A stretch of DNA of 50,874 bases from Phototrophicaceae bacterium (GTDB lineage Bacteria > Chloroflexota > Anaerolineae > Aggregatilineales > Phototrophicaceae): NCBI GenBank assembly GCA_049318725.1, contig JBMOFU010000001.1, positions 1-50,874 on the forward strand, given 5' to 3'. Below are positions 37,513 to 47,472 of this stretch, piece after piece; positions within the stretch are counted from its first letter, which is position 1; the number at the start of each line of letters is the position of its first letter. The notes under the pieces are model-generated. The model saw nothing but the letters and a program-made list of their open reading frames with translations. It searched no databases and was not told where the DNA came from. A program made the position numbers and the translations under genes.

Positions 37513-38286
37513 ATGCGGTATTGGTTGACTTTTATGCTCTTAGGATGGCTTGCAGCGGCGTCTGTTGCCGCGCAAGAAACGCCAGATTATACCCTACGGC
37601 GGATTCGCGTTCCGATTTTGATGTACCACTATGTCAGCGAACTCCCTGCGGATGCCGACGCTTATCGTGTGGATTTGACGATCCGCCCTAGCACATTTCA
37701 AGCGCACCTTGACTACTTACGCGCAGAAGGCTACACCACAGTGTCGTTGTATGATCTTGATCGTGCGCTGGTCAACGGTGCGCCCTTGCCCGCTAAACCC
37801 GTCATCCTCACGTTTGATGATGGCTATCGTGAACACTATGATTTTGTCTTCCCGCGTTTGCGTGATTATGGCATGACCGGGACGTTTTTCATCATCACAG
37901 ACCCTGTGGAAAGTGGCAATCCGCGATATGTCACATGGGGGCAGTTGCAAGAGATGGCCGCAGCGGGAATGTCTATTGAACCGCACACCAAGACACATTT
38001 GGATTTGCGTAACCGCGATTATGACTTTTTGGTGTGGGAAGTCTTGGGTAGCTTACAAACACTACAGGGGCAATTGAACGTGCCAGCAGCGATGTTCGCC
38101 TATCCCGCTGGACGCTATGATGACTTCACCTTGCAAATCTTAGACACGATGCCGATTCAGCGTGCCGTGACCACGCAACACGGGGTAACGCATACCACCG
38201 ATAACGGGCTGGAACTCACACGCTTGCGGGTTAATGGAGATTTAGGCGTGAGTGGGTTGGTGTATCTGTTGAACAGTGCGGGATAA
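37513..38286 (+). CDS. Secreted polysaccharide deacetylase (CE4/NodB family)
   Basis: Signal peptide, the TFDDGY motif and His motifs (EPHTKTH). Confidence 0.88.
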   Translation: MRYWLTFMLLGWLAAASVAAQETPDYTLRRIRVPILMYHYVSELPADADAYRVDLTIRPSTFQAHLDYLRAEGYTTVSLYDLDRALVNGAPLPAKPVILTFDDGYREHYDFVFPRLRDYGMTGTFFIITDPVESGNPRYVTWGQLQEMAAAGMSIEPHTKTHLDLRNRDYDFLVWEVLGSLQTLQGQLNVPAAMFAYPAGRYDDFTLQILDTMPIQRAVTTQHGVTHTTDNGLELTRLRVNGDLGVSGLVYLLNSAG

Positions 38287-38291
38287 TGCAA

Positions 38292-38321
38292 AACCGCCTA
38301 TCTACATAACGATAGGCGGTT
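38292..38321. terminator. Hairpin between convergent genes
   Basis: AACCGCCTATC-TACATAAC-GATAGGCGGTT, an 11-bp perfect stem. Confidence 0.6.
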
Positions 38322-38330
38322 GAGGATATG

Positions 38331-38564
38331 CTATTCGGGGTGAATCTTGGTGTCTAGGAAGTAATCTAGCCAAGCCACAAAGATTAAACTGGCCGGGATG
38401 GTTGCCAAGACCGTCAACAACACACCAAAGTCTTCTAATCCCTTGCCTGCCTCAGCAGGGATCAAAATCGGGAAGACAAAAATGACGGTGCTGACCACCA
38501 CAATCAAGCCAAGAACAATAGAAACTGCCCAAACAAACAGGCGACGAAGCAGTAAATTAGACAT
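38331..38564 (-). CDS. Small two-TM membrane protein
   Basis: 77 aa with two hydrophobic helices. No family recognised. Confidence 0.5.
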   Translation of the reverse strand: MSNLLLRRLFVWAVSIVLGLIVVVSTVIFVFPILIPAEAGKGLEDFGVLLTVLATIPASLIFVAWLDYFLDTKIHPE

Positions 38565-38678
38565 CTCTGGCGTATTTTCCCTTCACTAGCGTGCGAATCT
38601 CTTTTGCGTTTAAGAGATTGTACCGATAGACGCCCAACCTGTGCAAGCGACAAAATTCACAAGCGGGCGTTTATCGAG

Positions 38679-39086
38679 TTAGTGACTACAGGTGCTGCAA
38701 CCGGCTTCGCTGGTGCTACCGTCATCCTTCGTTTTGAAGGAATGGCCGCAACCACAGGATGAGACTGCATTTGGGTTGTCAATGCGGAAGCCGCCACCCA
38801 TCAGGCTGTCTACAAAGTCAATCGTCGCGCCTTCTAGGTACATCATGCTAGTGCTGTCAATCAGCAGGCGAACGCCATCACGGACTTCAATCACACAGTC
38901 AGATTCACGCGGGGCAGCCTCAAACGCCATCCCGTATTGCATCCCTGAACAACCGCCACCAGAAACAAACACGCGCAAGGCGTGGTTCGGAATTTGGCGT
39001 TGCACCAACAGATTTTGAATGGTATCTGCCGCAGAAGCGGTCACTTCAACCACATTGGTCTGAATTTGCAGGTCAATGAGACTCAT
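38679..39086 (-). CDS. erpA: A-type Fe-S cluster carrier (IscA/ErpA/HesB family) with a Cys-containing C-terminal extension
   Basis: SGGGCSGMQYGMAFE and CGCGHSF motifs, then an extra ~20 aa ending GCSTCSH. The ATG at 39086 (MSLIDLQ...) is preferred. Confidence 0.85.
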   Translation of the reverse strand: MSLIDLQIQTNVVEVTASAADTIQNLLVQRQIPNHALRVFVSGGGCSGMQYGMAFEAAPRESDCVIEVRDGVRLLIDSTSMMYLEGATIDFVDSLMGGGFRIDNPNAVSSCGCGHSFKTKDDGSTSEAGCSTCSH

Positions 39087-39184
39087 GTTGCTTATTTCCC
39101 TCACAACACTGTATGTTTACATTCGGTCATAGTGTAACACAACCCGCTTGTGCAGGTCAATTTTCATGATGAACATCAGCAAAA

Positions 39185-39832
39185 TTAAGGAAGTTGCTCA
39201 GTCTCGATCAAGGGGATTTCATATGAGCAGGTGTTATCCCCGGCAGAAATGCGGGTCAGTCGGCGTGGCACACGGCCAATCAACGCGCTTACCAAGCGCA
39301 TATCCATTTGGCAGAGCATATCATCTTGCTGGGCGACTTGATGATACGGGCAGTTGCTCGTATGCAAAATATAGCCGCTTGGGATGGGTTCCCAGTGGGC
39401 TTTGTAGCCCTGCTCACTGAGGTATTGCACCACAAAGTCAAGCCGTTGTCGTATGGGGACGTTGGGTATAGATGCGACTCCCGCCATATGATTTGCCATG
39501 CCCTCTACAATCACGTTGACGGCGTTAGGCGACATTTGCTGTCGCACCTGATGAAGCAACGCCTCTAACACTGTTTCGTAATTGTTGGCAAAGTGCTGTT
39601 GGGCGTCTGCGGTAAGCTCATAGACGTATTGTGGCCGTCCGGGGCGGGTTTGATGAAGCATCTCTACCGTACGGATCAAAGACCCGCTCTGTAACCAATT
39701 CAGATGGTGGCGCACCGTCACTGGGGTGATTGCCTCACCACGCACCTCATTAAGGGCTTCGGTGATCTCTTGCACAGTGGCTTTGCCGTGCTGATTGAGG
39801 AAATCAAGAATTTGCTGACGGGTTTTTTGCAT
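39185..39832 (-). CDS. ArsR/SufR-like wHTH transcriptional regulator with a C-terminal Cys cluster
   Basis: N-terminal wHTH (TRQQILDFLNQHGKATVQEITEAL). C-terminal pattern NCPYHQVA...LCQMD...GDNTCSYEI is typical of SufR-like Fe-S sensing regulators. Confidence 0.7.
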   Translation of the reverse strand: MQKTRQQILDFLNQHGKATVQEITEALNEVRGEAITPVTVRHHLNWLQSGSLIRTVEMLHQTRPGRPQYVYELTADAQQHFANNYETVLEALLHQVRQQMSPNAVNVIVEGMANHMAGVASIPNVPIRQRLDFVVQYLSEQGYKAHWEPIPSGYILHTSNCPYHQVAQQDDMLCQMDMRLVSALIGRVPRRLTRISAGDNTCSYEIPLIETEQLP

Positions 39833-39867
39833 GGTGACGGCTGATTTTTCTCATTAAGATGATAAAA

Positions 39868-39897
39868 ATTCTAACATTGTTATAGAACGCTTGTCAA
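39868..39897 (-). promoter_or_regulatory. Promoter for the SufR-like regulator/erpA operon
   Basis: Minus strand: TTGACA (39897-39892), 18-nt spacer, TAGAAT (39873-39868). The palindrome AACATTGTT lies at the -10 / spacer junction, overlapping the first base of the -10, and could be an operator. Confidence 0.5.
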
Positions 39898-39943
39898 ACG
39901 CTACAACAAAAGAGGTGAGGGGTTTTTTCCTCCTAGTGGATGC

Positions 39944-39971
39944 TTGCTCTTTATTAGAGCGGCGCTATAAT
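39944..39971 (+). promoter_or_regulatory. Promoter for the Roadblock/LC7 gene
   Basis: TTGCTC (39944-39949), 16-nt spacer, TATAAT (39966-39971). Predicts a leader of about 110 nt. Confidence 0.5.
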
Positions 39972-40089
39972 TAGCGGCAAGTGTATCTCTCAGCGCAGGG
40001 ATCTTCTGTGTTTATTCCCTAATTTCCAGAGACTTTATCTTCCTTCGGAAGCCAATCTTGGGCTACGGGGCAAAAAGGAGCAACAACTG

Positions 40090-40461
40090 ATGGCGAAATC
40101 GCGCACCGAATTAATGTATGACCGTCTGCGTGAACTACAGGGGACGACGCCTGAAATTGAGGCTTCCGCAGTAGTCAGTGTAGACGGTTTGATTATGGCC
40201 TCGGCGTTGCCTTCTGGCGTTGAAGAAGACCGCGTTTCGGCGATGTCTGCGGCGATGCTTTCACTGGGCGAGCGCATCTCGTCAGAGCTAGGGCGGGGGT
40301 CACTTGACCAAGTGTATGTGCGCGGGACGAATGGTTACGTCATCCTGATGTCTGTTGGGGATGAAGCGGTGTTGACGGCGCTTGTTCGTGACGGTGCCAA
40401 ACTCGGTTTGATCTTCTTGGATATGCGCCGCGCTGCGGATAACCTTTCGCAATTGGTGTGA
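40090..40461 (+). CDS. Roadblock/LC7 (MglB-like) domain protein
   Basis: EIEASAVVSVDGLIMASALP...AMSAAMLSLGERI...GYVILMSVGDEAVLTALV is typical Robl/LC7. AAAGGAG RBS. Confidence 0.88.
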   Translation: MAKSRTELMYDRLRELQGTTPEIEASAVVSVDGLIMASALPSGVEEDRVSAMSAAMLSLGERISSELGRGSLDQVYVRGTNGYVILMSVGDEAVLTALVRDGAKLGLIFLDMRRAADNLSQLV

Positions 40462-40514
40462 GTGACCTACCGTTGCAGGGGTAAGACCGCAACGGGCTTC
40501 CATTTTCATTTTTC

Positions 40515-40550
40515 AGCGGGGAAGGCACTTAGTTCCCCGCTTTTTGTGTT
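40515..40550 (+). terminator. Rho-independent terminator (second of two tandem hairpins)
   Basis: AGCGGGGAA-GGCACTTAG-TTCCCCGCT followed by TTTTGTGTTTT. It is preceded by the hairpin CCGTTGC...GCAACGG (40470-40495). It ends 38 nt before the pyrG start. Confidence 0.8.
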
Positions 40551-40587
40551 TTAGGGTTGCTCTTGAAACGAGCCTAATGGATGGTCT

Positions 40588-42213
<1,626 letters not shown>

Positions 42214-42262
42214 TGGGGTTTGCGGTGGGATTGTGGCTTTACTATAAGGAGACAAAAATACC

Positions 42263-43297
42263 ATGTCTATTGAGACGTTAATTAAGGCCATGCCTAAAGT
42301 TGACCTGCACCTGCAATTTGAGGGAACGGTTCCGCGTGAAACCATCATGATTATGGTTGACCAAAATGAAGTAAAAGAGAAGATTAAACGCTTTGATAAG
42401 TGGCTAGAAACTTATCAAAACCCAGACTTTAAGAAACTTGACGACCTCACTGAGATGCTCCGCAGCTGGATTGAACACGAAGATGACCTTGTGCGGGCAG
42501 TGTACGACATCGGGGTGTGGATGAACAAAGATAACATTCGCTATGCCGAGATTGCCATCAATCCGCTGGCGTTTGTGACAGGCGATTTTACGTTTGACCA
42601 ATTTATCGCCTCCATCAACGATGGCCGTGACCGCGCAGAGCGGGCGTGGGGTGTAAAAATGCGCTGGGTGCTGTTAACGGCGCGCAATGATCCCCGCCGC
42701 GCTGACGAAATTGGCCGTTGGGCGGCCAGCACGACCGCCCGTAAAGGGGGCGTTGTCGGGATTGCCGTCGCAGGCCATGACGGTAACGCCCCATTAGACG
42801 CCTTTGAGCGCGCTTTCAGCAACGCAGAAAAGAAGGGGCTTTCTCGAACGGTTTACCTCAATGAAAAGGATGACCTCACTGAGGCCATCAAACTATTGAA
42901 TCCGACCGCTATTGTGGACGCATGGGGCGCTGTTCATGCCGCTGGCGGTTTAGGTCTAGCCCCTTTGGTGGCGGCCAATATTGAGTTGAGTATTGGGCTA
43001 AAACGGGCAGAACGGCGCGGATGGGTGTCACAGATGGCAAATTACCCATTAGCGCAGATGATTGCAGCGGGGGTGCCGCTCACGTTCACCACTCATATGC
43101 CTACACTATTTGGGGCTACCCTCAGTGAGGATTTTACGGCAGCCGTTGCGCTTGGGCTAATGACCCTAGAGGATGTTCAAACGGTTACGCTGCGTTCACT
43201 TCAACGCGCACAACTGACCGAAGAAGAAAAAGCCGAACTTACCGTGATTTTCAACACGGAAATCGCTGTATTGCTTGAAGAACACGCAGTCAATTAG
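42263..43297 (+). CDS. Adenosine-deaminase-fold protein with degenerate metal and catalytic ligands
   Basis: MPKVDLHLQFEGTV aligns to the ADA LPK.ELH.HLDG motif. By eye, HxH reads HLQ, TVHAGE reads TVYLNE, RIGHG reads DAWGA and NTDDP reads TTHMP. Confidence 0.7.
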   Translation: MSIETLIKAMPKVDLHLQFEGTVPRETIMIMVDQNEVKEKIKRFDKWLETYQNPDFKKLDDLTEMLRSWIEHEDDLVRAVYDIGVWMNKDNIRYAEIAINPLAFVTGDFTFDQFIASINDGRDRAERAWGVKMRWVLLTARNDPRRADEIGRWAASTTARKGGVVGIAVAGHDGNAPLDAFERAFSNAEKKGLSRTVYLNEKDDLTEAIKLLNPTAIVDAWGAVHAAGGLGLAPLVAANIELSIGLKRAERRGWVSQMANYPLAQMIAAGVPLTFTTHMPTLFGATLSEDFTAAVALGLMTLEDVQTVTLRSLQRAQLTEEEKAELTVIFNTEIAVLLEEHAVN

Positions 43298-43343
43298 GCG
43301 TGAAAGCTGGGTAGGAGAAGTATTCCCCTGCCCAGCCGAAGGT

Positions 43344-44078
43344 CTATCGGTAGTCAATAAACCGATACCCCACCCCGCGTTCTGTAAGGATATACTTGGG
43401 GTTTGTGGGGTCTTCCTCAATCTTGTTTCGCAGGTAATTGACATATAACCGCACGTAGTGGGCTTCGTCGCGGTACTCATAGCCCCACACCTTTGCCAAC
43501 AACTGCTCATGCGGAACAGTCCAGCCTGCGTTTTCAATCAAGTGATAGAGCAAGCGATATTCTGTGGGACGTAACTTCACCCGCTCCCCCTTAACGATCA
43601 CTTCGCGCTGATTGAAATCAATGCTCAAGTTCTCATCAATCCGTAGTACGGCTTCTTCTGGGGAGCTAGACGGCTTATCAATCCGCCGTAGCACCGCCTT
43701 GATACGGCTTGAAAGCTCTCTGGGGCCAAAAGGCTTGGTCACATAATCATCTGCGCCTAGCTCCAGCCCATAGACCTTATCGTTTTCTTCGTCTTTTGCA
43801 GTAAGCATAATCACGGGCGTGTCAGAAAAGTCACGGAGCATCCGTAGTGTCTCAAAGCCGTCCATTTGCGGCATCATCACATCCAGCAACACGAGGTCGG
43901 GTAGCTTGGTGCGGATGATCTCTAGGGCTTCTAGGCCATTGTGCGCCTCTAAAATTTGATGCCCCTCTAGCTCTAGGTTCATGCGAATGAACCCAATCAC
44001 ACGCGGTTCATCATCTACAACTAAAATGCGTTTGCCATGTTCACGATTATGCAAACGGGGTAAGTTTTGTTGTGCCAT
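43344..44078 (-). CDS. OmpR-family response regulator
   Basis: Receiver domain ([25 protein letters not shown]) plus a winged-helix trans_reg_C domain (RGVGYRF). Confidence 0.93.
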   Translation of the reverse strand: MAQQNLPRLHNREHGKRILVVDDEPRVIGFIRMNLELEGHQILEAHNGLEALEIIRTKLPDLVLLDVMMPQMDGFETLRMLRDFSDTPVIMLTAKDEENDKVYGLELGADDYVTKPFGPRELSSRIKAVLRRIDKPSSSPEEAVLRIDENLSIDFNQREVIVKGERVKLRPTEYRLLYHLIENAGWTVPHEQLLAKVWGYEYRDEAHYVRLYVNYLRNKIEEDPTNPKYILTERGVGYRFIDYR

Positions 44079-44103
44079 TGCTTTGTTCTTTCGTTTGTTG
44101 CGT

Positions 44104-44346
44104 TTACTCGCGGAACAGGTTCGGGAATTCTTGTTGGGCGCCGGCTTCTGGCAAAACCTGTATGTAGTTAATGCGCCACCACGGGAAGATCACGGTTGTT
44201 ACGCCGTCATCAATCCAGATTAGCTCTTTATCGCTACGTTCACGCGGGTTCTTGCCTATGATGGCTGTGTCGCTTGCTTTTGGCATTTCATCTACGTCTA
44301 CTTTGATCGGTTCAGAGTTAGAGATGTGCAGCACAAGGGTAATCAT
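44104..44346 (-). CDS. Hypothetical 80-aa protein
   Basis: ATG at 44346 with a GAGG RBS 9 nt upstream. Lies between the FHA and response-regulator genes. No family recognised. Confidence 0.5.
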   Translation of the reverse strand: MITLVLHISNSEPIKVDVDEMPKASDTAIIGKNPRERSDKELIWIDDGVTTVIFPWWRINYIQVLPEAGAQQEFPNLFRE

Positions 44347-44406
44347 TAGGAAATACCTCATTTGACCAATGTAAAGGAGAATTTGCAACAAAAACAATAG
44401 AGTACA

Positions 44407-44913
44407 TCACGCACCGAAGTAAATGTGTGTGACTAACTTGCCGAATTTAATCTCGTCACCGTCCCTTAACACGCGCGGTTGATTGGCGATCAAGCGTTGC
44501 CCATTGAGGTAGGTTCCGTTACTACTGCCTAAATCGGTAATTGTAAGGGTATCCTCGCTCCGCTCAATGGTGGCGTGAATGCGAGAAACCCCCTTCTCAA
44601 TCGCCCCAAACGGCATTAAGTCTATAGTGGGAGGGGAAGTGTTAGAACTATCATCCCTCCCCACTAAACACATGGCGTCAAAGTTTAGGCGCAATGGGGC
44701 GTGGCCGTCAACGACATGGAGTAAGATTTCTACACCCGGGATAAGCCGCGCCGTTCCCCACCTTTGCTTTGTGGTCACAAGGTTGCTAGTGTTTTTCTCT
44801 AACATGCGTGTATATGCGTGGTTGCGGGCGCCAATCTCTAGCGGAAAACCACAATCTTCGCAAAAGAAATACCCCTCACGATTAGAGTATTTACAATTTT
44901 TACACGCTATCAT
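44407..44913 (-). CDS. Zinc-ribbon + FHA domain protein
   Basis: N-terminal CKNC...CEDC ribbon and a C-terminal FHA domain (GRDD...SRIHATI...D.GSSNGTYLNG). Confidence 0.9.
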   Translation of the reverse strand: MIACKNCKYSNREGYFFCEDCGFPLEIGARNHAYTRMLEKNTSNLVTTKQRWGTARLIPGVEILLHVVDGHAPLRLNFDAMCLVGRDDSSNTSPPTIDLMPFGAIEKGVSRIHATIERSEDTLTITDLGSSNGTYLNGQRLIANQPRVLRDGDEIKFGKLVTHIYFGA

Positions 44914-46400
44914 TACAAGAGACCCTCCGCCTCAGAACTTAAAAGGTGACGGGTACTGTATTTAATATTTTTTCGACTTTCTTCAGAGAGCATTTTCGTT
45001 TGTGAAAGCCGTACAGCCTCTTGCTGCGCTTCTTGGGCGAGTTCAGGTTCACCCATATCAATCAGGCGGGTGGCAAGGTTTTCTAATTGGCGGGTTGCCT
45101 TTTTAATGTCGCCTGCTTTGACAGACTCGCTTGCCCGTTCTTGCAGGCGATAAAGTGCCAACTTACCCAGCGCATCAATGATAATCGTCGGTGGCGCTTC
45201 GGTACTGGCTTGTTTTACCACTTCAATGCTAAATTCGCTCACAGTAGCATGTTTGCGGTTGGTGGCAAGTACATCCCCCGTGATCACTGAGCGCACAAGG
45301 GGGTAAAAGCCAGGTTGCAAATTCGCGGGCAACAGAAATTGTGCCAATACGCTGATGGGGCGTTCTGCCTGCATTCCCCCTAGTGCAATCACGGGTTCAT
45401 CTTCTGGGAGTGATTGGGGGCTTGGGGTTAACTTAAAGACCATCTCTAGGGCGACATGTTCCGCGCTGGCGAGTGAGAGTTGGATGCGCTCTGCAAAAAG
45501 GTTGGATAGATGCTTGACCTGATTGTTCATGAAGCCCCCTACATCACGGGCAGACTTGATAAACATTGAGGTGCCACCAGTCATTGCAGCGATTTCATCT
45601 AAGAAATCGTCGTTCCACTCACTGCCTAGCCCAAGTACACTAATGCCAACCCCGCGCTCGGCGGCTTCTTTTGCCAACTTGTGGCACTCTTCTTGGTCAC
45701 CATATGTATTGCCGTCGGTCAATAAGATCAGATGATTCACATGGTTATCATCGAGATTCTTCAAAACCTCGTCGTAGCCGGCCTGCAAGCCTTTGTAGAT
45801 TTCGGTACCCCCAGAGGCACGCATCATGCGTGCGCGCGAAATCAATTGGCGTTTGTTACGAACTGTAGTGGCGGGAATAATAATCTCTGGGCGGTCATTA
45901 AAACCAACTACCGAAAGAAAATCGTTTTCGCCCAATTGCTCGATGATTTCAGTGGCCGCCAGCTTCACACGGTCAAGGCGTGCGCCCTGCATGGAATTGC
46001 TGTGATCTAGCACCAGCGCAACGTTTAGGGTGGCGGGTTGAGGTTCAGGAAAATGTGAAGCTATTACGTCTGGTTCGATCTGCAATAACAGATAGACCAC
46101 TTGCGGTTCATCAAGAATTTCAATGGTTCGGCGGCTGGCCGTGACCCTTAGGCCAAGCGCGGTGGGGGGGCCACCCTGCTCTTTAAGGGTCAGGTCAAAA
46201 GCATGACGCCGCTTGCGGTCTGTCAATAACTGGTAGGCGTCACGCGCCTGCTCAATTTGACGCAATGCCGCCAAGTTACCCGACTGATGCGCGGGGGTAA
46301 GCCGATCTATCAGGCCTTGATAAGTCACCTGAATATCACTTGGCGGAGCGTTTCTGGGAACCCCTAAGATTCCATATGGGTCAGGCACATGTAACATCAT
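44913..46400 (-). CDS. J-like domain (no HPD) fused to a vWA domain protein
   Basis: DPYGILGVPRNAPPSDIQVTYQGLIDRL-TPA in place of HPD. vWA MIDAS motif LVLDHSNSM. Start at ATG 46400. Its TAA stop overlaps the FHA gene ATG (TAATG). Confidence 0.85.
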   Translation of the reverse strand: MMLHVPDPYGILGVPRNAPPSDIQVTYQGLIDRLTPAHQSGNLAALRQIEQARDAYQLLTDRKRRHAFDLTLKEQGGPPTALGLRVTASRRTIEILDEPQVVYLLLQIEPDVIASHFPEPQPATLNVALVLDHSNSMQGARLDRVKLAATEIIEQLGENDFLSVVGFNDRPEIIIPATTVRNKRQLISRARMMRASGGTEIYKGLQAGYDEVLKNLDDNHVNHLILLTDGNTYGDQEECHKLAKEAAERGVGISVLGLGSEWNDDFLDEIAAMTGGTSMFIKSARDVGGFMNNQVKHLSNLFAERIQLSLASAEHVALEMVFKLTPSPQSLPEDEPVIALGGMQAERPISVLAQFLLPANLQPGFYPLVRSVITGDVLATNRKHATVSEFSIEVVKQASTEAPPTIIIDALGKLALYRLQERASESVKAGDIKKATRQLENLATRLIDMGEPELAQEAQQEAVRLSQTKMLSEESRKNIKYSTRHLLSSEAEGLL

Positions 46401-46428
46401 GAAATAGCCTCGATGCTGCTTGACGCAT

Positions 46429-47448
46429 TTAACTGGGCATATACAGCAATACCGCTGTGATGTTGTCTTTGCCGCCAAGCATATTGGCTTTGGCAACGAG
46501 TTTATCACAGGCATCTTGCGGGTTTGCACTTTCTCGGACGATTTGTGCCATTGTTTTATTATCTACTAGCCCCCAAAGCCCGTCGCTACATAGCAACAGG
46601 TAAGAGTTGTTGGGCATCCTGCGGGTAACGGCGTCTACCTCTAGGTTTTCACTTTGACCAATGGCACGGTATAGCACATTATGTTGTGGGTGTTCTGCGG
46701 CTTCTTCTGGCGTGATTTGGTCAAGTTCAATCAGCCGTTGCACAAGTGAGTGGTCGCGAGTAATTTGCTCAATGCCATCGCGGGTGATTAGATAGGCACG
46801 GCTGTCACCGACATGGGCAAAATAGGCCAGATCACCGACTAACGCCACCGCTGTGATGGTTGTTCCTGCATCGGGAATGTCTTTTAACACAGATCCGTTG
46901 GCATCTTGAATCGCCTCAATTAGCGATTCTGCCAACGGCGGATGTTGGTTAATCTCATCGAGAGAGTTGCCAATCATCGGCAAAAAGATGCGATTCATCA
47001 CTTGTTCAGACACTTTTCGGGTGACCATCGCAGAGGCTTTTTCGCCGTCATGATGGCCGCCCATACCGTCGGCCACAATGAACAACCCCAAGTCTGGGCG
47101 GTTTTCTACGCTGCGATTAGAAAAGTAAAAGGTCATGAGTGAATCTTGGTTGTTGGCGCGCACCATCCCGACATCGGTAGACTGCCCGAAAATCAGATGG
47201 GCATTGCGTGAGGCGATGACCGTTTCTAGCGGGAGCCGTTGTGTTGCGCCATCTATAACCGCTGTCGTAGAAGGGTCAGCTACGGGTATCGTATCTGACC
47301 CAGCACTGGCTCCTGACGGGTTGGGCGGCACATTCGCTGGCGGTGATGCAGGTATTGAAGTGACCCCAGTCGTACTCTTGGGGCGTTCGGTGTTATCTCC
47401 AGATTGTCCGAGTAGTCGGCGGAACATATCCATAGTGTTTGGCTCCAT
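46429..47448 (-). CDS. PP2C-family Ser/Thr phosphatase
   Basis: GMVRANNQDS, FIVADGMGGH, and a C-terminal DNITAVLL motif. It has a low-complexity N-terminal region of about 80 aa. The start may instead be the ATG at 47433. Confidence 0.9.
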   Translation of the reverse strand: MEPNTMDMFRRLLGQSGDNTERPKSTTGVTSIPASPPANVPPNPSGASAGSDTIPVADPSTTAVIDGATQRLPLETVIASRNAHLIFGQSTDVGMVRANNQDSLMTFYFSNRSVENRPDLGLFIVADGMGGHHDGEKASAMVTRKVSEQVMNRIFLPMIGNSLDEINQHPPLAESLIEAIQDANGSVLKDIPDAGTTITAVALVGDLAYFAHVGDSRAYLITRDGIEQITRDHSLVQRLIELDQITPEEAAEHPQHNVLYRAIGQSENLEVDAVTRRMPNNSYLLLCSDGLWGLVDNKTMAQIVRESANPQDACDKLVAKANMLGGKDNITAVLLYMPS

Positions 47449-47472
47449 CCCTCGTTCATTGGGCGGCGAAAA

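Noticed and set aside
40470-40587. The tandem hairpins upstream of pyrG could be a CTP-sensing reiterative-transcription attenuator, as in Bacillus pyrG.
   Set aside because: The 5' arm of the terminator is purine-rich (AGCGGGGAA) rather than the pyrimidine-rich arm that mechanism requires. No promoter with a GGGC start was found between the Roadblock stop and the hairpin. It is more simply the Roadblock gene's terminator.
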